Of a stretch of 64,000 nucleotides of DNA, positions 8,565 through 17,318 are shown piece after piece. Location of the stretch: positions 1,946-65,945 of the forward strand of contig CAXTPR010000010.1 of the NCBI GenBank assembly GCA_964246235.1, read 5' to 3'. The notes under the pieces are model-generated. The model had not been told where the DNA came from. It saw nothing but the letters and a program-made list of their open reading frames with translations, and made no database searches. The stretch's first letter is position 1. The number at the start of each line of letters is the position of its first letter. This DNA comes from an uncultured Acidobacteriaceae bacterium. GTDB lineage: Bacteria; Acidobacteriota; Terriglobia; Terriglobales; Acidobacteriaceae. The position numbers and the translations under genes were made by a program.

Positions 8565-9290
8565 ATGCCGACGCTTCCCCCAGCAACCCACCCCCGGCCG
8601 GTTCGTACACTGCGACGGCAGTGGATTCGGACGCTTGCGTTCGTTTTCGGGCTTTGCGCCACGCTCTCGGCCGCTCCGGCCAAGGTGCACACGGTCACCT
8701 TCGGCCCGGTGCGCCGGGTGCCCTACACCCCGCCCGAAGCGACCCCTGAAAACAGGAGCGAAGAAGCCACCAGTCTGCGCGTGCGGCCGCTGTTCGTGGA
8801 CGAGAAGCAGAAGGAGTGGACCATGGGCGAGATTCATGACGTGACCGACCGCTCCTTGGTGGTGCGGCGGGCTCTGCATATCAACGACAGCCTGCCGGCG
8901 GAGGCGCCGCGCTGGACATGGCAACCCGGTCCATGGCTGCTGGTCGACCGCAGCACCGGGCACATCACGGCGCTGCATCTGCCCGACTTCGACCCGGAAG
9001 TCAGCGAAGCTGTCTGGTTCCGCGACTACGCGGCCTATTGTGGCATCGCGACAACGGCCAAAGGCGGTCTAGTTGCAGTGGTGGCGGAACTGGGGGCGCG
9101 CCGAGCGGTGGTGCAGAAGGTCATCGCGCCCTGGCCGCAGGAAAACGCGCCGCACCCGGTTTGCGCGCCTGCACGCTGGCAGCGCACCCCCATGCGCGCC
9201 ACCCTGCAGATGGCCGGTAAGGAGCCCATAACCTTCGAAGTCGTCGGCACGGTCTCCTTGGTGGAGGAAGGCGAAGGGAACGAGCCTTGA
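8565..9290 (+). CDS. Conserved hypothetical secreted protein
   Basis: Signal-peptide-like segment (TLAFVFGLCATLSAAPA) followed by a Trp-rich globular domain (WQPGPWLLVDR, WFRDYAAYCG), with coding-like codon usage. Confidence 0.75.
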   Translation: MPTLPPATHPRPVRTLRRQWIRTLAFVFGLCATLSAAPAKVHTVTFGPVRRVPYTPPEATPENRSEEATSLRVRPLFVDEKQKEWTMGEIHDVTDRSLVVRRALHINDSLPAEAPRWTWQPGPWLLVDRSTGHITALHLPDFDPEVSEAVWFRDYAAYCGIATTAKGGLVAVVAELGARRAVVQKVIAPWPQENAPHPVCAPARWQRTPMRATLQMAGKEPITFEVVGTVSLVEEGEGNEP

Positions 9291-9505
9291 TCGTGACTTT
9301 CCGCCACAGCCAGTACCCGCCACAATGTAGTACCCGCCAGGGGTTACTACTGAGGAGCGTCCAAATCGTGAACTCCACAGAAATTTTGTAACGCGACGCA
9401 TAGTATCGTGAAAGCAGAACCGGAGATGAGGCGAATGGAAGGAACGATACACAGCAACAGCACCCGCATGATCCCCTCCGGCGCGAGGAAAGGAACCCCA
9501 ATCGT

Positions 9506-10039
9506 ATGTGGAAACCGAATCAGCCCGGCAGCGGAGCGCCCGCAACACCCGAACCAGCACGCCCGGTGCAGCCAGTGAGCACGAGCACTCCGCCGTTCGA
9601 CTCCACGCCCCGTCCCACGCCCACCGGCGCTCCCGGTGCCGTCCCCTCCGGGGAACAGGCCACAATCGGCAAGAGCCTCATCGTCAAGGGTGAGCTTTCC
9701 GGCTCCGAGTCACTCTATATCGACGGCAAGGTGGAAGGCGCCATCACCCTGCCCGGCAACCGCGTCACCATCGGCCGCAACGGCCAGGTCGCGGCCAACA
9801 TCTCCGCCCGCGAAATCGTGGTGCTCGGCAAGGTCCGCGGCAACTGTCAGGCTTCCGACCGGGTAGACATCCGCTCGGAAGGCTCGCTGACCGGCGATGT
9901 GATCGCGGCGCGCATCAGCATTGAGGATGGCGCATTCTTCAAGGGCGGCATCGACATTCGCAAACCCGGGGCCGATGCCAAGGGCAGTGCTCCGGCAGCG
10001 GCTCCGGCAGAGCCGGTGCCCGCTGGCGCTGCCAGCTAA
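9506..10039 (+). CDS. Bactofilin (polymer-forming cytoskeletal protein, CcmA/DUF583)
   Basis: Pro-rich N-terminus, then ATIGKSLIVKGELSGSESLYIDGKVEG...ISIEDGAFFKGGIDI beta-helix repeats. Confidence 0.92.
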   Translation: MWKPNQPGSGAPATPEPARPVQPVSTSTPPFDSTPRPTPTGAPGAVPSGEQATIGKSLIVKGELSGSESLYIDGKVEGAITLPGNRVTIGRNGQVAANISAREIVVLGKVRGNCQASDRVDIRSEGSLTGDVIAARISIEDGAFFKGGIDIRKPGADAKGSAPAAAPAEPVPAGAAS

Positions 10040-10055
10040 ACGTAGTCCGCAGACC

Positions 10056-10090
10056 AAGGGCCGCATCACTCCGATGCGGCCCTTTGGTTT
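10056..10090 (+). terminator. Rho-independent terminator after bactofilin
   Basis: Perfect 12-bp stem AAGGGCCGCATC/GATGCGGCCCTT followed by T-rich sequence. Confidence 0.8.
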
Positions 10091-10117
10091 TCGCTATGCA
10101 CTTCCATCCTCACACCG

Positions 10118-10774
10118 TCACACTGCCGGTACGCTGACCTGCAGCATGCGCTTGAGACGGTTGATTTCGTTGAACTTGTACTGAAAGTACAGGCCGCCGA
10201 AGAAGAAGGTGAGGAAGCCGTCGAGGCGCAGGCCGATGGGCTCCGGGCCGTTGAAGTGGCGGAGCAGCTCAGTGCGGAAGACAAAGCGCGCGATCAGGCG
10301 AATCGTCCATGTGAGCAGCCCTACGGAGATCGAGTGCGGCACATACACGACTGGCGCCCCCCAGATCCAGTGGGCAACGCTGTGGTAGGTGCTCGACAGG
10401 GTGATCAGCGCCAGAACCCCTTCCGCGATGTAGAAGTACAGGGCCGTCGAGGCAGAGTCGATCTTTTTGAGCCAGGCCGACGTATAGATGTTCCAGCCGG
10501 TGAAGAACAGCCCTCCGGAAAGCACATCGGCCAGCAGTGCCGCCCACCACGGCAGGTCGGGCGGATCCGGATAAAGCGATGGGACGGCGCTGGAGACAGG
10601 CGGCTCCGCCACGGACGCCAGCGGGAAAAGCTGAGAGATGGGCAGCCACTCCGCCGCACCTTCGGCCTGCACAAGATCGTTGGTGACGATGTTGCCGGAA
10701 GCCATATACTGCTGGACCTGCTCCAGGGTATAGGGACCGAACACCTCGCCGTTGCGCGCGATGCGATATGTCAT
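10118..10774 (-). CDS. GYF_2 (DUF4339) domain membrane protein
   Basis: N-terminal YRIARNGEVFGPYT...DLV..EG..EWLPI GYF_2 pattern, then several TM segments ending FFFGGLYFQYKFNEI. Confidence 0.78.
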   Translation of the reverse strand: MTYRIARNGEVFGPYTLEQVQQYMASGNIVTNDLVQAEGAAEWLPISQLFPLASVAEPPVSSAVPSLYPDPPDLPWWAALLADVLSGGLFFTGWNIYTSAWLKKIDSASTALYFYIAEGVLALITLSSTYHSVAHWIWGAPVVYVPHSISVGLLTWTIRLIARFVFRTELLRHFNGPEPIGLRLDGFLTFFFGGLYFQYKFNEINRLKRMLQVSVPAV

Positions 10775-11098
10775 GGCGTTCCTCGCTTGAAAGTGGCGGC
10801 TGCGCTTGAAGTGGCTGCTGCGCCCGGGAGCTCCAGGAACAGTCTAGCCGCGTATACCGTTCCATACGCGCGACAGGTTCGTGCGGTTCAACGAGCATGC
10901 CCTATGCACCTGCGCTGCAGGTCAGGCGCGGGGAGAACTTGCTCCGGATGGCGCCGCGATCACCCTTAGGGCATTTCCCCGAGGGGCTGGAGTCGCTACG
11001 AACAAAGTCAAGGGAGCTTGGTGTCACCCAGGATAACGGCAACGGCAGTGCCGCGCGTCTATCGCCCACGAAGAGACCTGTCGGGATGGGGAGAGATG

Positions 11099-12010
11099 TT
11101 ACCGCGTGCCGGGCTCGACCAGCAGGGGACGATTGAGGCTGAAGACGATCTCCGTGTTCTCCGGTAGGGTCTGCTCCTGCTCGTGCCGCAGCCACCAGAC
11201 CGTGGCCACGCCAACACCGACGGTCGCGCCGACCGCAGCTCCCACGCCACCGCCGATCATGGCGCCTGCCACCGTCGCGCTGGCGGTGGTGAGGCCAACG
11301 CCGGCGGCGGTTCCCTTGACGTTCGTCTTGCCGTGGATCACGCCTTCGCCGTTGACACTGGCATCCTTGACGGAAGGCAGGTCGACGACCTGCGCCTGCA
11401 GACGATGCCGCGCTCCGTCGGGGAACGTGACCCATTCGGGGACGAGCTGGATCAGCGCGCCACCGTGCATGCGGTTGCCGCTATGCACCTGAGCCACACG
11501 CCCGGTGAGTATGGCGCCGGCAGGCAGAAGAACTTCGCCCTGACGAACCGCCGGTTGCAGGAGACGTGCGCTGAAGACTGCTCCGCGTTCCGTGGCGACT
11601 GTGGACACCTCCGTTGCGAGGCGCGTGTGCAGCAGCGTTCCTGCAGGAAGTTCATGCGGTGCGGAGGCCACATCCATGACCACGCCGCTGGTAGGGTCGT
11701 CGGTGACGTTGAGCTCCGCGCGGCTGACGCCGCCTGTTTCGTCGGGCACGTAGGGGCTTGAAGCAGGCGGGAGCGTGGCTGGAGGCGGCACTCGCTCCAC
11801 GAGGACTGGCTGCGGCATTTCCGTCTGCACTGTCGAAGCAGCAGGCACGGCCGGTGACGGCTTGACGTAGTGCTGGGTCTGAGTGGGTGTGATGGCGATG
11901 GTGTCGTTGAGAGCTTCCGGGTGCGACGTACCGGTCATCTGAGCCAGCAGGCCAGCAGGCAACAGCAGGAACGCGGTAGCCGAGAGGCTGTTCGGAATCA
12001 CCTTCTTCAT
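11099..12010 (-). CDS. Hypothetical secreted protein with TrbI/VirB10-like beta domain and glycine zipper
   Basis: Signal peptide MKKVIPNSLSATAFLLL, Pro-rich linker, LPAGTLLHTRL and LPAGAILTGRV repeats, GVGAAVGA zipper. Confidence 0.7.
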   Translation of the reverse strand: MKKVIPNSLSATAFLLLPAGLLAQMTGTSHPEALNDTIAITPTQTQHYVKPSPAVPAASTVQTEMPQPVLVERVPPPATLPPASSPYVPDETGGVSRAELNVTDDPTSGVVMDVASAPHELPAGTLLHTRLATEVSTVATERGAVFSARLLQPAVRQGEVLLPAGAILTGRVAQVHSGNRMHGGALIQLVPEWVTFPDGARHRLQAQVVDLPSVKDASVNGEGVIHGKTNVKGTAAGVGLTTASATVAGAMIGGGVGAAVGATVGVGVATVWWLRHEQEQTLPENTEIVFSLNRPLLVEPGTR

Positions 12011-12091
12011 GGAAGTCCTCACTGTGACAATCGTGAACCCGCGCAGCGGGTTCGAGCACCGTTGCGCGCATGGCTCTGTGGAGAGCATAGG

Positions 12092-12141
12092 CCGTCAACG
12101 TGCTGAGACCCAGCGGAAAGCGGGTCTCAGCACCTTGACGG
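12092..12141. other. Strong intergenic hairpin (20-bp stem, one mismatch)
   Basis: CCGTCAA(C)GTGCTGAGACCC-10 nt-GGGTCTCAGCAC(C)TTGACGG. Confidence 0.7.
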
Positions 12142-12307
12142 TAACTACGCAGTTTCGGGGTGGGCTTGCAATGCCGCCGTCTACGACAGGGGATCTCTCC
12201 GCTGCTAGCCGCAGACGCGCAGTTTCCGGTCCAGAGGACACCCTCGCAGAGGAACGTGCCGAAGCGCCTGCATGCGTACAAGCCCGGCGATCCGGAGCCA
12301 TGTTCCG

Positions 12308-13459
12308 TCAGCGGGCCTGATCGGGTTCGCCGGCGATCACACGCGCGTAGAACGCCTCGTACTGCGGGATGATGCGGGAGGCGCAGAAGTGGTCCTGGGC
12401 GGTGCGCCGGGCAAGCCCTGCCATGCGCTCCAGAGCGGCGGGGTCGGTGAGGAGCGACAACGCGCCTGCGGCCATGGCGTCCACATCGCCCACGTCGCAG
12501 AGCAGGCCGTTGACACCGGACTCGATCAGCTCCGGCACGCCGCCGACGCGGGTCGCGACGGACGGAACGCAGCAGGCCATTGCTTCCAGCGCCGCGAGCC
12601 CGAACGATTCCATCTCGCTCGGCATGAGCATGAGATCCGAAAGCGCGAGCAGCTCCTGCACATTGTCCTGCTTGCCCACGAAGTGACAGCGGTCGAGAAC
12701 GCCGTGACGCCGGGCGAGGAACTCGGCGGCGGATCGATCCGGGCCATCACCGATGAGCAGCAGACGGGAGGGAACCTGCTTCGAAACGCGCGCGAAGACT
12801 TCAATGACATCGAGGACGCGCTTGACCGGTCGAAAGTTGGAGAGATGCACGAGCAGGCGCTCGTCCTCGCGGGCAAAGCGGGGTCGCTGCTCGCGGACGA
12901 GCTCCGGCTTGCGCACGTAGAGATCGCAGTTGACGAAATTGCGGACGACCTCGATCTCGCGGGCGATGCCGAAGGCTTCGCGGGTGCGCTCGCGCAGATG
13001 AGCCGAGATGGCGGTCACGCCATCGGATTGCTCGATGCCGAAGCGTGTGATGGGCAGATAGCTGCGGTCAAGGCCGACCAGCGTGATGTCGGTTCCGTGG
13101 AGGGTGGTGATAAACGGCAGGCGAACACCGCGGCCTGCGAGCATCTGGCGAGCCAGCAGCGCGGAGACCGAATGCGGGATGGCGTAGTGGACGTGCAGCA
13201 GGTCAAGGGAGTACAGCTCGGCGACTTCAGCCATGCGCGTGGCGAGGGCCAGGTCGTACGGTGGGTACTCGAAGAGCGGGTAGTTGGTGACCGGGACTTC
13301 GTGGTAACGAATGTTGGCTTCGCGGCCGGTGAGACGAAAGGGCTGCGAATAAGTGATGAAGTGAACCTCGTGCCCGCGCGCGGCGAGCTCGATGCCAAGC
13401 TCAGTGGCAACTACGCCGGAGCCGCCGTATGTGGGATAGCAGGTAATGCCGATTTTCAT
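12308..13459 (-). CDS. bshA: N-acetyl-alpha-D-glucosaminyl L-malate synthase BshA (GT4)
   Basis: MKIGITCYPTYGGSGVVATELG, LHVHYAIPH, TTLHGTDITLVG, HLSNFRPVKR, ESFGLAALEAM. Confidence 0.95.
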   Translation of the reverse strand: MKIGITCYPTYGGSGVVATELGIELAARGHEVHFITYSQPFRLTGREANIRYHEVPVTNYPLFEYPPYDLALATRMAEVAELYSLDLLHVHYAIPHSVSALLARQMLAGRGVRLPFITTLHGTDITLVGLDRSYLPITRFGIEQSDGVTAISAHLRERTREAFGIAREIEVVRNFVNCDLYVRKPELVREQRPRFAREDERLLVHLSNFRPVKRVLDVIEVFARVSKQVPSRLLLIGDGPDRSAAEFLARRHGVLDRCHFVGKQDNVQELLALSDLMLMPSEMESFGLAALEAMACCVPSVATRVGGVPELIESGVNGLLCDVGDVDAMAAGALSLLTDPAALERMAGLARRTAQDHFCASRIIPQYEAFYARVIAGEPDQAR

Positions 13460-13489
13460 AGCGGATGAGCCGGTTAGCGACTTGACGAA

Positions 13490-14374
13490 TTATGGACGAG
13501 GCGAGGAGCTCAGCTTTCCGTAGTGGATGAGTTCGGGGCCGGGAAGTTGCGGATTGTTGCTGCTGCGGCCAAACGCGGAAAGCAGTGCCTGGCGTTCGAT
13601 ATCGCGGGTGCCGCGCAGGCGAGTGGTGATGCGGTCGAGATCGGGGTCGTTGTAGCCGGGGTGACAGACGAGTTCCCAGAGGCCGTCCTCCATGGCGGCG
13701 AGAAGCTTGTAAAGGCAAGTCTCGTCGAGGCGGCCCGTGGCCGAAATGCCGATTGTGCCGTCGGGGGTGAGGACGGCTCCGCTGCGGATCTGCGGCAAGA
13801 CCTGAAAGCTGTTCCGGAATTGCGCTATCAGGCGGACCTGCAAGTGACGCATGGGAGCTGAGTGGCCGATCGCCAGCGACCACCCGCTCTCGAAGGGATT
13901 GCGGATGGCCGGGATGCCGGCCCGCTCGGCGACGAGGAGAAGAGGGCGCGCAACCCCAGGGAGGATGTGGGTGTGCTTGTGGGTATCCAGGTGCGTGACC
14001 TGGATGCCGGCGGTTTGAAGACGCTGCACCTGCGCGGCGGCTTCGCGGGCGATCTCGTTTTCGCGGACACGGCCGCGAAGAACCGCAAAGAGGAAATCCG
14101 GGAGGGAGGCGCGGAACGTCCTGCGGTCCGGACCGAGGAGGGTTGGAACATGCGCAGGCGGGCTGACGGGAGTGCCGTCGGTGAGGACGATGTGACAGCC
14201 GACGCCAAGTTGCGGGTTGGCTTTTGCGACAGCCACGGCGTGGTCGAAGGCCGGTCCATTCGCCATGAGGGTGGCGGAGGTGAGGGCGCCTGCCTGGTGG
14301 ATTTCCCCGATGGCGCGGTTGACGCCGGGGGTCAGGCCGAAATCGTCCGCGTTGAGGATGAGGCGAGCGGCCAT
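13490..14374 (-). CDS. ChbG/HpnK (YdjC) family carbohydrate deacetylase
   Basis: LILNADDFG, SATLMANG, GVGCHIVL, THLDTHKHTH, WELVCHPG. Confidence 0.9.
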   Translation of the reverse strand: MAARLILNADDFGLTPGVNRAIGEIHQAGALTSATLMANGPAFDHAVAVAKANPQLGVGCHIVLTDGTPVSPPAHVPTLLGPDRRTFRASLPDFLFAVLRGRVRENEIAREAAAQVQRLQTAGIQVTHLDTHKHTHILPGVARPLLLVAERAGIPAIRNPFESGWSLAIGHSAPMRHLQVRLIAQFRNSFQVLPQIRSGAVLTPDGTIGISATGRLDETCLYKLLAAMEDGLWELVCHPGYNDPDLDRITTRLRGTRDIERQALLSAFGRSSNNPQLPGPELIHYGKLSSSPRP

Positions 14375-14423
14375 CAAGCCTTTACTTTATGCGAGTGGAA
14401 AGCACGGGCCATCTGCGCGAGAC

Positions 14424-14882
14424 CTATTTAGCTTCCGCCGCTGCCTCCAGTGCCGCCATGTCGAGCTTGATCATGCCCATGAGTGCACGCATGGCGGCAG
14501 GCGACTGGCTCAGCTGGCCGATGTTTGCGGGCACCACCTGCCAGCACAGGCCGAACTTGTCTTTCAGCCAGCCGCACTGCACTTCCTTGCCTCCATCTGC
14601 GGTGAGTGCGCTCCAGTAGTAATCGATCTCGTCCTGCGTGGCGCAGAAAACCGACAGCGAGATCGCCTCCGTGAAGGGGTACATCGGGCCGCCGTTGAAC
14701 GCAATGTACTGCTGTCCTTCGATCTCGAAGGGAATGGTGACAACCGTTCCTTTGGCCCATGGGCCGCCTTCCGTCGCTCGCACGGTATCCAGACGCTTGC
14801 CATTCTTGAATACGGAAAGATAAAACTCGACGGCTTCTTCGGCTTTGTTGTTAAACCAGAGAAATGGTGTGACTTGTGGCAT
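14424..14882 (-). CDS. VOC family protein (PhnB / 3-demethylubiquinone-9 methyltransferase-like)
   Basis: VTPFLWFNNKAEEAVEFY, AFNGGP, QDEIDYYW, CGWLKDKFGLCWQV. Confidence 0.92.
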   Translation of the reverse strand: MPQVTPFLWFNNKAEEAVEFYLSVFKNGKRLDTVRATEGGPWAKGTVVTIPFEIEGQQYIAFNGGPMYPFTEAISLSVFCATQDEIDYYWSALTADGGKEVQCGWLKDKFGLCWQVVPANIGQLSQSPAAMRALMGMIKLDMAALEAAAEAK

Positions 14883-14895
14883 GGCGACCCTCTAT

Positions 14896-16593
14896 CTACA
14901 GCATTTGATCATTGGCCGTGGCCAGTGTCGCATCTTTGGCGGCGCGGGACCAGAAAATCCGCAAGTCGGTGACGTTGTGCATCGTGAAGTTCGGCTGCGG
15001 CGGCGCGGTCACCGCTAAGAAGTCGGCGCGATGCACGTCTTCCAGGTAGACCGCCGGACGTGGATCGAGGTTGGAGGGCGCGAACTCCACGTGCGAGAGC
15101 TCCAGATTCTTCAGGTGGCGCACGAACAGGCCATGACAGGGCGTTGGCCCAAAACGCAGCAGTTCCGGGTAGCCATCTTCATTCTCCGGCACATGCAGCG
15201 TGTGCCAGTCAGGCATGGGCGTGCTCTGCTCTCCCCAGTTGGTCAGCGCGTCCTTGGGCAGTCCGAGATGACCGAAGAAGCAGTTGGAAATCTTCACGTT
15301 TTCGATCGCGTTTGCCGGTATGCCGGAAAGGATGGACGCCGTGGACGCATTGGAATTGTGGCTCACCAGATTGTCGATCACGACACGCCGCAACGTGCCC
15401 GCCCGCATGGTCTCCTTGGGCCCCCGGTTGCGGCGGTTCAGACGCAAGAACAGCGGCGCATCCACGCAGTCGCGGATGGTGTTGCCGGTGATGGCGATAT
15501 CTTCGAGGTAGGCTCCATCGCTGGTTTCGAGCGAGATGCCCTTGCAGCCTTCGATCACGTTGCCGCTGATGGTGATGTTGCGGAAGCCGCCATTGGACTC
15601 CGTGCCGCACTTGATACGGCCGTTGCGTGGCGGATGGACATCCGGGCCGAACTTCTTCCAGGTGCCCGCAAGCACCGATCCCAGCTCATAGGTGCCGGTC
15701 ACGAAATTGTTCGAGATCGTCACGTTGTCGGTGGAGCGCGCATAGCCCAGCGCATAGCTGGACTTCGGGCAGATCGCGTCGTCCCAGGGTGAGTTCACCG
15801 TGCAGTTGGACACGCGTACGTTGCGGCAGCAATCGATATCGAAGCCGTCGCGGTCGGTGTCGATCAGGAGGTTGTCGAGCGTCATGTTGTCCACGCCGGT
15901 GGCCAGCAGGGCGAAGTGTCCGCCCTTGAGCACCTGAAAGTCGCGCAGCAGGACGTTGCGGCAGTTCTTCAGCGCGAACGTCTTGTTCCCCACGCCGGCC
16001 TGCTCGGCCTGGAAAGCCGTGTAGCCGCCGCGCATCTCGGTAATGCGGCTGCCGTGCGAAAGGCCCTTGCCCCAGATCAGCCCCGGCCCCGTCACGCTGA
16101 AGTCGTGCTGGTCTTCGGCGTAGAAGAGCGAGTTGCGCCAGTGGTTGTGGCCGTAATCCTGGTAGGGCTCCCAGACCTTGTCTGCACCGTTAGGCTCGGC
16201 CGCATCGTAGGTGCCGCCGTTATAACCGCTGGTTTCGCCGGGTTTGGGAGAGTCCGCCGCCTGGATCGTGCAGCCGTGCGACAGGTAGAGCGACACGTTG
16301 CTGAGCATGCGGATGGTGAAGCAGAGGTACGTTCCCGCCGGAAACAAGAGCGTGCCGCCTCCCGCCGCGGCCACGGCCGCAATGGCCTTATTGACAGCCG
16401 GCGTGTCCACAGCCTTTCCGTCGCCGGTCGCGCCGAACGTACGTACGTTGAAGATCGCCTCTGCGGCGCTCGGGTGCGGCTGGGTCTGCGCAGGCGGCAG
16501 GATAGGCGTCGCCTGGCCGCGCGCCAGCGCAACGTGACCAACGGTGGAGGCAAGGGCAAGGGGCGAGAGCTTCAGTAAATCGCGACGGTCCAT
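14896..16593 (-). CDS. Glycoside hydrolase family 28-like beta-helix protein, probable Tat substrate
   Basis: MDRRDLLK twin-arginine signal; FNVRTFGATGDG, DRDGFDID, DDAICPKS, IKCGTES. Confidence 0.85.
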   Translation of the reverse strand: MDRRDLLKLSPLALASTVGHVALARGQATPILPPAQTQPHPSAAEAIFNVRTFGATGDGKAVDTPAVNKAIAAVAAAGGGTLLFPAGTYLCFTIRMLSNVSLYLSHGCTIQAADSPKPGETSGYNGGTYDAAEPNGADKVWEPYQDYGHNHWRNSLFYAEDQHDFSVTGPGLIWGKGLSHGSRITEMRGGYTAFQAEQAGVGNKTFALKNCRNVLLRDFQVLKGGHFALLATGVDNMTLDNLLIDTDRDGFDIDCCRNVRVSNCTVNSPWDDAICPKSSYALGYARSTDNVTISNNFVTGTYELGSVLAGTWKKFGPDVHPPRNGRIKCGTESNGGFRNITISGNVIEGCKGISLETSDGAYLEDIAITGNTIRDCVDAPLFLRLNRRNRGPKETMRAGTLRRVVIDNLVSHNSNASTASILSGIPANAIENVKISNCFFGHLGLPKDALTNWGEQSTPMPDWHTLHVPENEDGYPELLRFGPTPCHGLFVRHLKNLELSHVEFAPSNLDPRPAVYLEDVHRADFLAVTAPPQPNFTMHNVTDLRIFWSRAAKDATLATANDQML

Positions 16594-16660
16594 GGCAACG
16601 GAATGGTAGCACCGTGATCTACGACGTTGTCGCGCAGCACGCGATGGGCCTGTCTCAGAG

Positions 16661-17275
16661 TTACTGCACCAACCCGGAAGAAGGCTCATCCATCTCGGGC
16701 TGTGTCGAAGGGCTCAGGAAGCCCATCGGCAAAGCTTCCCAAACTTCAAGCTGGAGAAAGGCGAGGCCAAGCTGCTCGGCATGGGGTGCCACGCGTTCGC
16801 GAACGCGTGCGGCGAACACCTCCGGAGACCCCACTATCGAACCTCCGGTTTGTTGCCGTGCCGCTGAGAGGATCGCGCGACGTACCCTCACGTAAAGCGC
16901 CTCTGCCGCGTTGGCGCTGTTCGCGTAGTACGTGGCTGCGTCCACCGTGCGGTACTCGCCGCTCAGGCTGAGGCGCACAACGGCAGAGTCGCTGCCGAGT
17001 ACGTCCACACCAAGCATCTGGAGTGGCTTGGGTCGTGCATCCACAAGAATGATGCGCTGTCGCGGGCGAATCCAGCAGGGCCCCGGCTGAGCCACTCGAA
17101 CGACGCTGTCAGCTTGGACGATGACGCCGAGTTGATTGGGAAGGATGATCTCGCGCTTCGGAACCAGAAACCTACCACTGAGGGCCCGAAACACGACTGC
17201 GGCAGCGACCGTAAAGGCCAAGACTTCAACTGCAACACCCGCAACGATCTCTGGAGCCGATTCAAGCAAAAGCAT
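16661..17275 (-). CDS. SPFH/band-7 domain membrane protein
   Basis: N-terminal TM anchor, then PHB-domain-like segments (ILVDARP..LQM, ALYVRVRRAIL, AEQLGLAFLQLEV). Confidence 0.62.
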   Translation of the reverse strand: MLLLESAPEIVAGVAVEVLAFTVAAAVVFRALSGRFLVPKREIILPNQLGVIVQADSVVRVAQPGPCWIRPRQRIILVDARPKPLQMLGVDVLGSDSAVVRLSLSGEYRTVDAATYYANSANAAEALYVRVRRAILSAARQQTGGSIVGSPEVFAARVRERVAPHAEQLGLAFLQLEVWEALPMGFLSPSTQPEMDEPSSGLVQ

Positions 17276-17281
17276 TCGAGA

Positions 17282-17287
17282 AGCATA
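17282..17287 (-). promoter_or_regulatory. Putative -10 (TATGCT) 6 nt before ATG, leaderless-type
   Basis: Minus strand reads TATGCT-TCTCGA-ATG(17275). Confidence 0.5.
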
Positions 17288-17318
17288 CTGCAGCCACTTT
17301 CACGCTTATGCGTTCTGC

